Positions 10,099 through 18,164 of a stretch of DNA of 38,999 bases are shown here, one piece after another (within the stretch, counting starts at the first letter, position 1; every line of letters begins with the position of its first letter). The stretch lies in the UHGV virus genome UHGV-1350822. One strand, 5' to 3'. Source of the DNA: a virus. The translations under genes were made by a program, and so were the position numbers. The notes under the pieces are model-generated. The model did not search any database. It was not told the origin of the DNA and was given only the letters and a program-made list of their open reading frames with translations.

Positions 10099-10798
10099 GG
10101 TTAACCTCCTGCTTAGGTGCTGCTGGCATTTCACGCCAGTGCGTAACTGAGTGCGGATCCGGATATTCGGTGCCATCATCCCAGCGATTACCATTCCACA
10201 TTGCAGACCACATCTCACCGTCTTCATACATGACCATTACCGGAATTAACTTATCCGGCATTCGCTCACTACAGCTTATCCAACCATCCGGAGTTACCGG
10301 AGAGTTGCCATTCACAAGGTCAGCTCGAACATATAGCGTGTCATCATGGTGCTGATTGTGGCTGCACCACGTTAATTCGCTTAACTCGCCATCTTCTGGC
10401 CATACTCCAGCCGTTTGCAGCCAGATATGGGCTGGCGCATCTTGGCAAGGTGTATTAACTGGCAACTTGCAAGTTTGGCTTACAGGTTCGGCTTCCAGTT
10501 CTGCTATGCGCTTTTTTGCTGTTTCCAGCTCGCCCAGCAGCGCCAAGACGGTAGCCGGATTGGCTGCGGCGATGAATTCAGCGTTGGCCTGCTGTTCCAT
10601 TTGGAAATCTTCATCGAAACCGCTTTCTGGATGCGCTCCTTCAATTCTGCAAATAGGAATATATCCAGCAACTTCACGATGAATTAGTGCATCATCACCA
10701 TCAAATCGGCCCTTTCCATATTCGAGCGACCACACACCACACGTTGCTTTCTCTGCCTTTTCACGCAGTGCCTGATAGTCAATTTTCATTCTCGCCAT
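10091..10798 (-). CDS. Ead/Ea22-like protein with C-terminal DUF551-like domain
   Basis: 235-aa ORF; N-terminal coiled-coil and Trp-rich C-terminal region typical of Ea22/DUF551 prophage proteins (recalled family, not searched). Confidence 0.55.
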   Translation of the reverse strand: MARMKIDYQALREKAEKATCGVWSLEYGKGRFDGDDALIHREVAGYIPICRIEGAHPESGFDEDFQMEQQANAEFIAAANPATVLALLGELETAKKRIAELEAEPVSQTCKLPVNTPCQDAPAHIWLQTAGVWPEDGELSELTWCSHNQHHDDTLYVRADLVNGNSPVTPDGWISCSERMPDKLIPVMVMYEDGEMWSAMWNGNRWDDGTEYPDPHSVTHWREMPAAPKQEVNRG

Positions 10799-11430
10799 TC
10801 TTCACAGTTGTAATCACTACAGCCTTCAAAATCATATGGGCTGTACTGCCAGGTTATTTTTCCGCAATGCGGACAATTCCAACGCACCTTCCCGCTTCGC
10901 GACTTCTTTCTTCTGTTCTGCTCTTTCAACCAGTCAGGCATGACCAAACCTGCGCCCTGAACCATTGTTCTGCGATTAAAGTTATTGATATTGAACGTCC
11001 GGCGCTTTGCTGCATCAGCAATGGAAAATGGCAACCAAACTATTCCTGGTTCGTTTTTGTTGGCGACGCTAAAGATGGTCGCTTTACTGAAGTCATCTGT
11101 TGGCAATCCACCGTGTTGAAGCCAGTAAACATCGTTGCCGTTCCAGCTACCTTTTTTGTAGGCCACATACGCAGTGCAATCTGACTCAATCAGGCTTTCT
11201 GTAGGGATGTACTGGCAATCAACGTGCCACACAGCCATTGCATCCACGCTATCAGCGCAAACAGGCTGATCGATATCTCGACCACAATTCCAGGCTTTTT
11301 GGGCTTCTTCCTGCGTGTAAACATGTGCTCGATCGATATCAGAACTGTAACCATTACCGTTATGGCAATGGAATGAGGCGTTATTACCCACAGTTTCACG
11401 CAAGCACATCATGTAAAAACGGTTACTCAC
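10786..11430 (-). CDS. Hypothetical protein with C-terminal zinc ribbon
   Basis: 214-aa ORF; CPHCGK...C...C motif; overlapping starts and stops with neighbours. Confidence 0.5.
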   Translation of the reverse strand: MSNRFYMMCLRETVGNNASFHCHNGNGYSSDIDRAHVYTQEEAQKAWNCGRDIDQPVCADSVDAMAVWHVDCQYIPTESLIESDCTAYVAYKKGSWNGNDVYWLQHGGLPTDDFSKATIFSVANKNEPGIVWLPFSIADAAKRRTFNINNFNRRTMVQGAGLVMPDWLKEQNRRKKSRSGKVRWNCPHCGKITWQYSPYDFEGCSDYNCEEWRE

Positions 11431-11816
11431 TGGTTGCCTCCTTTGCGAAGCTCTGCAGCGAAATATACAGCTGCGGAAACAATAGCTGCATGTCGGTATT
11501 CACCATCAGAAAATAAAGAATCTCCCTTAAGTGCATTGACGATACTCTGATGATTTTTTGCCAGCATCTCCACGCCCTGCGCCCGGACTTCATCCAGGAA
11601 AGTGTCGGTGGCTGGAGTCCCTTCAACCTTCAGCCCTATAGGGGCCAGGTAATCCTTCAGCTTTGCATTCTCCGCCGCCAGCGCCGCGCACTTGGCCTCC
11701 GCTTCAGCAAATTTACGCACCAGATATTCAGCGTTTGTTTCGTTAACCTTTAAATCACTTGGGATGCATTTACCTTTAAGAAATCCATCCATCTCAATTA
11801 GTGACATTTGTTTCAT
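11427..11816 (-). CDS. Hypothetical protein
   Basis: 129-aa ORF, ATGA overlap with the downstream gene. Confidence 0.5.
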   Translation of the reverse strand: MKQMSLIEMDGFLKGKCIPSDLKVNETNAEYLVRKFAEAEAKCAALAAENAKLKDYLAPIGLKVEGTPATDTFLDEVRAQGVEMLAKNHQSIVNALKGDSLFSDGEYRHAAIVSAAVYFAAELRKGGNQ

Positions 11817-11977
11817 TTCTTCCCACTCCGCAACATCGCATTCAGATATTTGTTTTGATTCACTGATGGAAAAGAATTTCTTTTAAGCAATTCCTCTCTC
11901 GATGGCATTGGATTTACGCGTTGGCGAATAATCATTTCTGCCGGAAGAATGCCGGGATTGTATGCAAGTCCTCTCAT
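11813..11977 (-). CDS. Small hypothetical protein (about 54 aa), translationally coupled on both sides
   Basis: ATG at 11977 overlaps the upstream TGA and its own TGA overlaps the downstream ATG (ATGA at both ends); absent from the ORF track because it is under 60 aa. Confidence 0.35.
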   Translation of the reverse strand: MRGLAYNPGILPAEMIIRQRVNPMPSREELLKRNSFPSVNQNKYLNAMLRSGKK

Positions 11978-12255
11978 GATTTACTCTCCACGAACTGGTC
12001 AATAGCCATGCTGAGTGACACACCTAAAGTCTCGATATGCTGCTTAATATCCTGTAGCGTCTGCGCCTGAGATAACAGGATTTCACGGTTGCATAACTCT
12101 TTAACCAGATGCTCAAACTTGCTGTAATAACCGATACGACTTAGTGTTTCTTTCCCTGCATTCTCGCCTTCTTTGATAATTCCTCTTTCGCTAAGAATCA
12201 GATCGTGTTTGGTTCCGGTGATAACGTATTTGCCGAGGTCGATGTTTAGCTTCAT
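11974..12255 (-). CDS. Hypothetical protein
   Basis: 93-aa ORF in the operon. Confidence 0.5.
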   Translation of the reverse strand: MKLNIDLGKYVITGTKHDLILSERGIIKEGENAGKETLSRIGYYSKFEHLVKELCNREILLSQAQTLQDIKQHIETLGVSLSMAIDQFVESKS

Positions 12256-12271
12256 TGTTAATTATTCCATG

Positions 12272-12586
12272 TTAATTTATTCGTATGCCTGCTCTTTCTT
12301 CATCGAGTTTTTTTAGCTTGTATCGCATAGCCCTTACTGAATAAATTGAGCGGCAGGTTGCAATTGCTATTTCTTCTGCGGAGAACTTACCGAAAAGTGA
12401 TACTTCGGCTCTTGTCCATCGTCTTCCACGAAGTCGGCTAACAATGTCAGCTCCAATCCTTGTTGCTTTCGCCATTACTGCTTTTTCAGTCCTTTCCAGT
12501 TTTTCAGCGATAACTTCAACTGGCATTGTCGCCGCCACTTCGCGCAAGAAATCGACTTCCCATTTCTCCCATGGAGTCTTTTTCAT
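12272..12586 (-). CDS. Hypothetical protein
   Basis: 104-aa ORF. Confidence 0.5.
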   Translation of the reverse strand: MKKTPWEKWEVDFLREVAATMPVEVIAEKLERTEKAVMAKATRIGADIVSRLRGRRWTRAEVSLFGKFSAEEIAIATCRSIYSVRAMRYKLKKLDEERAGIRIN

Positions 12587-12597
12587 AGGCGATACCG

Positions 12598-13086
12598 TTA
12601 TTTGATAAGAAGTGAAGGTTTCCCAACCTTGAGTTGAGCGCCTGGGATATTTATTCCTGCTTTTAGTTGGTGCTTGATTGCCAACTTGTCGGCTTTAATT
12701 GTCGTTTCAAACTCAACGTATTCAGGAGGAAGGGCGCTTGAGTCGATGATTTCTACAGTTTCTGACGGTTTGCGGATTGTTACCTGGTGAATACCTGCTC
12801 TAATCTTTTTCTTGCCAACCATTTCAAGCGATGAGGCTATATATGCCATAATGCTATCAATCTTATTTTGAATTACTGCTGCTCGTTCATTCAGTGACTT
12901 TGCCTCGTCCTTGAGGCGTTCAGCATAACCAGATTCATTTTTAATAATGGCAAGAAGTTGCTCTATTTTATCGGTAAACTCTCCTTCCATGCCTTCTATT
13001 GTGTCAGCAATCATCTCTGGTTCTAAATCTGAATCCATCAATTTTGCGTATTCATTGGCAATTTCATATAGTTTGCTCACTGGCAA
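12598..13086 (-). CDS. Recombination-module accessory protein (possibly Gp157-family)
   Basis: 162-aa acidic coiled-coil protein immediately downstream of RecT; family name is a recollection, not verified. Confidence 0.4.
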   Translation of the reverse strand: MPVSKLYEIANEYAKLMDSDLEPEMIADTIEGMEGEFTDKIEQLLAIIKNESGYAERLKDEAKSLNERAAVIQNKIDSIMAYIASSLEMVGKKKIRAGIHQVTIRKPSETVEIIDSSALPPEYVEFETTIKADKLAIKHQLKAGINIPGAQLKVGKPSLLIK

Positions 13087-13975
13087 CCTCCAGTTTCGCT
13101 TTGCATTCTGCGTAAATGGCTTGTACGTTCTGCTGCAATTTCATTCCAGATGTCAGGCGATATGCTTCTGCAAAATATCGCTTCAAATCATCCATGTTTT
13201 CTGCCTGAGCCATTTCATCACAAAGAAGTTGTGCTTTTTCCATAATTTCCTGCTGGCGTTTCCGTTCATCTTCGCGGATATCTTCCTCTGATTTGTGCGG
13301 CATAACTGGTTCAGTCCATACACCTTCTTCTTCGTTTAGTACGTGAATAGCACTATCAAGACGTGATGCCTTAGGCCAATACTTGCTTGCACGCTTTACG
13401 ACCGTCTTTCGCGCCATCTCATTCCAGTGATTTACCCATGGTCCTTTATCGCTGAATGCCGCCTTGCTTGTTTTCCTTACAGCCTCAATTTCAGCCAGAC
13501 TCATCTCTTCCGTTAGATAATCACCTGCTGGCGTCTTAACTGTGCAGTAAACGCCAACGATATCACCACGATCACCGAAGGCGTTGTATTTATGGGTTGG
13601 TGCTTTATCAAGCCCGTTTGACTCATAGGTATCGTTAGCATGAACAAGTTTTGCCTGACCCCATGAGATAACACCAGACTCCATTGCAATATGGAGCAAT
13701 CCCATATAGCTGATATCAAGGCAAACCATGCCGTCGCGCGGAACTAGATAAGCCAGTTTGCTGGCCGGGTTTAAGGTGATGCCGATCGCCGCAACGTTGA
13801 TGATAGCGTTCTGTGCGCTGGTCGGATTTGCCAGTGCCGTTTTAGCCAGGTAATCGTTTTTCTGGAAATACTGAATTGCAAACTGGCTTTCCTTAGCCCA
13901 TGTCACCGTCTGTTCAGTCAATGCTCCGCAGAATAACTGCTCCTGCTGTTTAACGAATTCAACGATATTGCTCAT
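13064..13975 (-). CDS. recT: RecT-family single-strand annealing protein
   Basis: Motif KGPWVNHWNEMARKTVVKRASKYWP resembles RecT GPWVTHWEEMAKKTAIRRLFKYLP. Confidence 0.85.
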   Translation of the reverse strand: MSNIVEFVKQQEQLFCGALTEQTVTWAKESQFAIQYFQKNDYLAKTALANPTSAQNAIINVAAIGITLNPASKLAYLVPRDGMVCLDISYMGLLHIAMESGVISWGQAKLVHANDTYESNGLDKAPTHKYNAFGDRGDIVGVYCTVKTPAGDYLTEEMSLAEIEAVRKTSKAAFSDKGPWVNHWNEMARKTVVKRASKYWPKASRLDSAIHVLNEEEGVWTEPVMPHKSEEDIREDERKRQQEIMEKAQLLCDEMAQAENMDDLKRYFAEAYRLTSGMKLQQNVQAIYAECKAKLEVASEQTI

Positions 13976-14283
13976 GCTGCTTCTCCAAAAATGTGTCTGC
14001 GTTTGAATATTGCGAAGGCATATTCAGCCTTAACTCTTTCGGTTATTGCATCCCAGAACCATTCAGCGGCTTTTTCCTGATAGTTACAGTCATCATCTTC
14101 CAGCCAGTCGATAGCGTCCTTAGTGTGTTCATCTGGTTTATATGAGCGAAGCATTTCGCTTATTGGGTCGCAACGTTTGCAGAGGCGATCAACTTCACTG
14201 TTGATTCGTTCGTAATCTTCATCAGTAAAACTTGCGATTATTTGCGATATTTCACGCTTATCATTCAGAGTCAGAATCATCAT
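13972..14283 (-). CDS. Hypothetical protein
   Basis: 103-aa acidic ORF coupled to recT. Confidence 0.5.
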   Translation of the reverse strand: MMILTLNDKREISQIIASFTDEDYERINSEVDRLCKRCDPISEMLRSYKPDEHTKDAIDWLEDDDCNYQEKAAEWFWDAITERVKAEYAFAIFKRRHIFGEAA

Positions 14284-14364
14284 CTTTCTCCTGTTCTTTG
14301 TGCTGATTGAGCATTTTGTTCATCTGACGAATGAATTCTTCGTCTGACCAGTTATCTGTAAAAC

Positions 14365-14535
14365 TCATGGACGGCCTTGTTGTTTCAAAATATCCCAAAG
14401 CTTTTCGAGCAAACTTTTCATTCTTGGTTGTTTAAAGTCTGCTCCGGTTAAAATATTTTTTCGTGAATGCTGTACCGATAAAATCGGGTTGAAAGGGCGA
14501 ACCGATGCCGCCCCTGCAATAGCGAACTGTTGCAT
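14365..14535 (-). CDS. cIII: cIII-like small regulator (putative FtsH inhibitor)
   Basis: 56 aa from ATG 14535 with AAGGAG RBS; MQQFAIAGA... and SLLEKLWDILKQ resemble lambda CIII MQYAIAGW...SLLERITRKL; the ORF-track upstream extension is unlikely. Confidence 0.5.
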   Translation of the reverse strand: MQQFAIAGAASVRPFNPILSVQHSRKNILTGADFKQPRMKSLLEKLWDILKQQGRP

Positions 14536-14600
14536 AGGATGCTCCTTCTGTTTGATTGCATAACGAAAACGCCTCTCGTGAAGCGTTATTGGTATGCATA

Positions 14601-14625
14601 TAAAAAGGCCCTCACATTGGAGGGC
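14601..14625 (-). terminator. Rho-independent terminator in the leftward operon (tL-like)
   Basis: Stem GCCCTC/GAGGGC with 6-nt loop, followed on the minus strand by CTTTTTAT. Confidence 0.6.
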
Positions 14626-14720
14626 AAAGAAGATTTCCAATAATCAGAACAAGTCGGCTCCTGTTTAGTTACGAGCGACATTGCTCCGTGTATTCACTCG
14701 TTGGAATGAATACACAGTGC

Positions 14721-14909
14721 TTATTCGTCATGCATTTCAGGTAATTCTTCGTATTCGACGCCCCATACGAGTTTACACCAACTAACTCGCTCATATCTTT
14801 TACAGAAATCAGACCACATAACTTGTGTTCCATCATGGTTTGTTATTACTTCTGTAATATCACCAACACTAACAAAACTGGTATTAGAAGCAGTTATTTT
14901 TACTTTCAT
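14721..14909 (-). CDS. Hypothetical protein
   Basis: 62-aa ORF. Confidence 0.4.
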   Translation of the reverse strand: MKVKITASNTSFVSVGDITEVITNHDGTQVMWSDFCKRYERVSWCKLVWGVEYEELPEMHDE

Positions 14910-15205
14910 TATTCATCACCTATAGCTTTTTTGATAGCTTCGAGAGCCTTATTAACAGCTCCATACCATTCTGGATATGTTGTCGTTGTTCTATTTTTGG
15001 CTTGCTTAAGTAATAACTGAAGTGCTTCGAGAAGGTCAGGTGCTGCCGCTATTAGATTGGCATCTTCAATGCATTGAACTTCCTCACAGATTGCAATATA
15101 CGAACGCCAGCCTGCGCCATTTTCAAGTGAGTCTGCCTGGATGATTTTAATCTCATCGCCATCCATCATTATTTCCCACTTACCTTTAGTACCTTTGAAT
15201 TCCAT
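14909..15205 (-). CDS. Hypothetical protein
   Basis: GAGGTG RBS before ATG 15205 (98 aa); the ORF track extends to 15271. Confidence 0.5.
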   Translation of the reverse strand: MEFKGTKGKWEIMMDGDEIKIIQADSLENGAGWRSYIAICEEVQCIEDANLIAAAPDLLEALQLLLKQAKNRTTTTYPEWYGAVNKALEAIKKAIGDE

Positions 15206-15260
15206 ATTCACCTCTATGCTTGCTGCCAAAACAATGAACCATCCGGAAATTCCAGATAGT

Positions 15261-15488
15261 TCATAATTCACTCTTCAATACTTCCAACTTACTAATCGCC
15301 GATAGATATCCGCGCTGATAGGGCATCATCATTCCTTCGAGCTTGCCACTTCTTAACTCCTCCCTGAGCAATTGTATTGCTTGATCAATAACCTCTGCCT
15401 TAGCGTCCTTTATGGCTTGCTTGCGGGGCTTTGCTTTCTGCTTTGGCAGATTTCTCAAGCATGATGGAATGTATGTCTGATTCACCAC
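15261..15488 (-). CDS. Hypothetical small basic protein immediately downstream of the N-like gene
   Basis: 75-aa ORF; GTG start directly after the N stop. Confidence 0.4.
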   Translation of the reverse strand: MVNQTYIPSCLRNLPKQKAKPRKQAIKDAKAEVIDQAIQLLREELRSGKLEGMMMPYQRGYLSAISKLEVLKSEL

Positions 15489-15761
15489 TTACCTCGCTGT
15501 CAGTTGTTTTGATTTCCGGTAGCCTGCCGCGTAAATGGCTACGTTTGGCAGGCAAATACTTCCACTGCATTCATCTGCCTTCTTGCAGCGAAGGCTTCCG
15601 AGTGATGCTGCTTTATCTGCTCTGACGCAACCAGAGAGCTTTAGCGCAATTTTTCGTGCCAGTCGCTGCTCTTGCATTGCCTGTTCACGTTGAGCCTGTC
15701 TGCGTGCTCTGCGGCGATTTCTGGCGTTATCGTCAGCCAGATATGTAATGACTACTGTCAT
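15489..15761 (-). CDS. N: N-like transcription antiterminator (P22 gp24 type, arginine-rich motif)
   Basis: N-terminal ARM NARNRRRARRQAQREQ; C-terminus VAIYAAGYRKSKQLTAR resembles P22 gp24 ...ALYAAGHRKSKQITAR; strong GGAGGT RBS. Confidence 0.85.
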   Translation of the reverse strand: MTVVITYLADDNARNRRRARRQAQREQAMQEQRLARKIALKLSGCVRADKAASLGSLRCKKADECSGSICLPNVAIYAAGYRKSKQLTAR

Positions 15762-15868
15762 GTTGACCTCCGATGATTGACTTTGGCGGTGACGCGCCGG
15801 GTGCTTATCTTCCGGTTGCCGTCGTGCAGCTGCACTTCACGCCACCCCAAAGCCAACTACTCTTTGGT

Positions 15869-15909
15869 TCCCGCATTTCGGCGGGACAATCCCATCAATG
15901 TTAAAGAGC
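15869..15909 (-). promoter_or_regulatory. nutL site (boxA GCTCTTTAA and boxB hairpin)
   Basis: boxB hairpin at 15869-15886 is the exact reverse complement of the nutR hairpin at 17565-17582; boxA-like GCTCTTTAA at 15901-15909 on the minus strand. Confidence 0.7.
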
Positions 15910-15948
15910 CTGCCAATCTGTTCCGTTTGGCTTCCAGCGTCCTGCTGA

Positions 15949-16037
15949 TGGCTAAAGAATACTGTAGGTATTTTATTGTGTAAATACCCAAGGTATTTAT
16001 TTTTGATGAAATAATGATAAACAAATGAATACAAAGG
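15949..16037 (-). promoter_or_regulatory. OL/PL region: three dyad operators (AATAC-N5-GTATT) with a candidate PL promoter
   Basis: Operator-like dyads at 15951-15966, 15977-15993 and 16021-16037; minus-strand -35 TTTACA and -10 TATTCT with 17-bp spacing. Confidence 0.6.
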
Positions 16038-16128
16038 ATATTTATTTTTTCGCTGTCTGCTTGTTCAGTGATTTTTATGCGGGATATGTGAAGTGGATCC
16101 CGATAGCTATTGCTGTCGGGATTATGGG

Positions 16129-16497
16129 TTAGTCAGCGAAGGTTAAGACGAGAATTACCTTAATGATGTCTGCTACAACAGACACGGCCATAGATAAACC
16201 AAAGACGATCCAAGCCACAGTGATGTCTTCACTACCATCGTATAGAGTTCCGTAATCACTGGTGTAAGGCGTAAATGTCGCGCCTTGATACAATAGGTAT
16301 AAGCTTGATCCATAGAGGATAAATGCAGATATCCCTTGTATTGCTATGATCACAAGAATCATGAAACGAGCTGATCTATGCGCCCAAGCCTGGCTTATTT
16401 TTTCTGATAGAGATTTCGCAATAAAAGCATGCGCTAAGCCGTAAATTGTCGAGATTGCCAACATCCCAAAAAAGCTTGCTATAGCGGTTCCAACCAT
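16129..16497 (-). CDS. Small integral membrane protein (about 4 TM) co-transcribed downstream of cI; candidate superinfection exclusion or abortive-infection determinant
   Basis: Hydrophobic segments; occupies the rexAB position between cI and PL; AAGGGG RBS before ATG 16497 (ORF track gives TTG at 16518). Confidence 0.55.
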   Translation of the reverse strand: MVGTAIASFFGMLAISTIYGLAHAFIAKSLSEKISQAWAHRSARFMILVIIAIQGISAFILYGSSLYLLYQGATFTPYTSDYGTLYDGSEDITVAWIVFGLSMAVSVVADIIKVILVLTFAD

Positions 16498-16514
16498 AAT
16501 CGCCCCTTGCGTGA

Positions 16515-17231
16515 TCAAACCAGCCTTAGTTTTGTCTCAATTGCAACGCCTATAATCTTGCAGTTTCCATTGATTGGCACGAGAGGCCATGCAGGATTAA
16601 GTCCCTTGAGGTATTTATTTCCGCCGTCGATTATCAGCTTCTTGAATGTTGCTTCGTTAGAGTCAGAAAGTTTTGCTATGACCAAGCTGCCGTTGATCGC
16701 CTCCCTTCCGGTATCGAAAAGAACGAATGTTCCCTCTGGAATGCTTAACCCAACCGGTGCCGTCATTGAATCACCTTCCACTTTAAGCCAAAACGCATTA
16801 CCTTGAATATGCGCGTCAGACTCAAGCCAAACATCTATGTCTTTAATGGTGTATGGTTCGCATGCTTCACACCACGAGCCAGCCTGGATACTGCTTAACA
16901 CCGGATACCTCTTTCCTGCTCTGTATTCCCCTGCATACCTTACGTTGGCATCGCTCTTAAGGCTTTCTGCCTGTTCTGCAACCTTGGCAGCAATTGACTG
17001 GCTAAAATCAGCAATTGAGACTTGCAACAATCGTGCAAAACCAGATGCAACCTCAACGTTTAGCGCGTTTCTGCCATTAAGATAATGCCCTACCGCTCCT
17101 TGGGTGATACCCAGTTCATCAGCGATTGAGTATTGGGTTATTCCCAATTCTTTCTTTTTTGACTCATACAAAGCCTTAAGCCGCTTAGCGTCTTCGAGCT
17201 GTTCTGTCGTCAGTGATTTTTTATTTTCCAT
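16515..17231 (-). CDS. cI: CI-type prophage repressor (HTH_XRE N-domain plus S24 LexA-like autopeptidase C-domain)
   Basis: HTH QYSIADELGITQGAVGHYLNG; Ala-Gly cleavage site (SIQAGSW); Ser/Lys dyad (GDSM...FKKL). Confidence 0.9.
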   Translation of the reverse strand: MENKKSLTTEQLEDAKRLKALYESKKKELGITQYSIADELGITQGAVGHYLNGRNALNVEVASGFARLLQVSIADFSQSIAAKVAEQAESLKSDANVRYAGEYRAGKRYPVLSSIQAGSWCEACEPYTIKDIDVWLESDAHIQGNAFWLKVEGDSMTAPVGLSIPEGTFVLFDTGREAINGSLVIAKLSDSNEATFKKLIIDGGNKYLKGLNPAWPLVPINGNCKIIGVAIETKLRLV

Positions 17232-17266
17232 AGCTTAATTCTAATAGCTAAGGTACTTAAACTAAA

Positions 17267-17309
17267 AATACCCTGAGTATTGATTGCTTTGAATACCTGT
17301 AGTATTCTT
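17267..17309 (+). promoter_or_regulatory. OR/PR region: two dyad operators with a PR promoter
   Basis: AATACCCTGAGTATT (17267-17281) and GAATACCTGTAGTATTC (17291-17307) share the OL consensus; -35 TTGATT (17281-86), 17-bp spacer, -10 TATTCT (17304-09). Confidence 0.6.
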
Positions 17310-17337
17310 TGTTCATGGTTAATAACGGAGAGTGCAT

Positions 17338-17532
17338 ATGATTCGAATGACACTTGCCGATTACGCCAAAATCCATGGACAGGCTAAAGCAGCCAGTGAC
17401 TTTGGTGTAATCCAGTGCGCTATCAGCAAGGCCATTCTGGCAGGCCGTAACATCATGGTTACGGTAAAGCCTGATGGCAGTGTGATTGGAGAGGAAGTTC
17501 GTCCTTTCCCAAGCAACAAGAAAAACAAATAG
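17338..17532 (+). CDS. cro: Cro repressor (lambda Cro fold)
   Basis: [29 protein letters not shown]...V....[15 protein letters not shown] closely resembles lambda Cro; GGAG RBS, ATG at 17338 (ORF track starts at GTG 17332). Confidence 0.9.
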   Translation: MIRMTLADYAKIHGQAKAASDFGVIQCAISKAILAGRNIMVTVKPDGSVIGEEVRPFPSNKKNK

Positions 17533-17538
17533 TAACAC

Positions 17539-17582
17539 CGCTCTTTAACAGTCATGGTCCTCATTCCCGCCGAAATGCGGGA
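17539..17582 (+). promoter_or_regulatory. nutR site (boxA CGCTCTTTAA and boxB hairpin)
   Basis: boxA 17539-17548; boxB hairpin TCCCGCCGAAATGCGGGA 17565-17582; located between cro and cII. Confidence 0.7.
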
Positions 17583-17640
17583 ATACAACGCGCATAAGTT
17601 GATGCGCATAACTTCTTATTAGTTAAGGAAATACTTACAT

Positions 17641-17919
17641 ATGCAACTTACAAGTACTCGCAAGAAAGCGAATGCAATTACAAGCAACATCCTGAATCGA
17701 ATTGCTGTACGTGGTCAGCGAAAGGTGGCCGACGCATTAGGGATCAATGAATCGCAAATTTCGCGATGGAAAGACAGCTTTATCCCAAAGATGGCCATGC
17801 TTCTGGCTGTACTGGAGTGGGGTGTTGAAGACGAGGAGTTGGCGGAACTGGCTAAGAAAGTAGCCAGAATGCTGACAAAAGAAAAAGCCCCGAAGAACGG
17901 CGAATTCTTCGAGGCCTGA
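17641..17919 (+). CDS. cII: CII transcriptional activator
   Basis: SQISRWK...IPKMAMLLAVLEWGV matches the lambda CII core (SQISRWKRDWIPKFSMLLAVLEWGV). Confidence 0.9.
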   Translation: MQLTSTRKKANAITSNILNRIAVRGQRKVADALGINESQISRWKDSFIPKMAMLLAVLEWGVEDEELAELAKKVARMLTKEKAPKNGEFFEA

Positions 17920-17953
17920 TGTAGAAAGACTGGATCAATCCACAGGAGTAATT

Positions 17954-18115
17954 ATGACAAAACGTCGTAAGAAATACCAGGAAAAAGAAGAGATTCGACA
18001 CCCTGATTCACCTGAGGGATTAGTGGTAGCCGCAGCAAATAACAGGGCGTTCGCAGAGCGCCTTGTTGGTGTTTACAGACTAGCAAAAGCAGGAGTGAAA
18101 CATGGGCGTCGTTAA
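17954..18115 (+). CDS. Small basic hypothetical protein (53 aa)
   Basis: AGGAG RBS 6 nt before ATG 17954; not in the ORF track; lies between cII and the replication gene. Confidence 0.35.
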   Translation: MTKRRKKYQEKEEIRHPDSPEGLVVAAANNRAFAERLVGVYRLAKAGVKHGRR

Positions 18116-18164
18116 GTTAGCTGATTACAGGCATAACCCTGTACAACATCAGGAGGCATCCAGT

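Noticed and set aside
10687-11184. 165-aa plus-strand ORF, and other 60-110-aa ORFs antisense to confirmed genes (e.g. 303..497, 513..776, 2747..2959, 31145..31402, 34106..34993)
   Set aside because: They lie entirely within, and opposite or out of frame to, well-supported genes; they lack RBS and have odd composition; spurious.
14365-14640. Long form of the cIII-like ORF starting at 14640
   Set aside because: The extension runs through the tL-like terminator hairpin; an internal ATG at 14535 with AAGGAG RBS gives a 56-aa product matching the cIII size.
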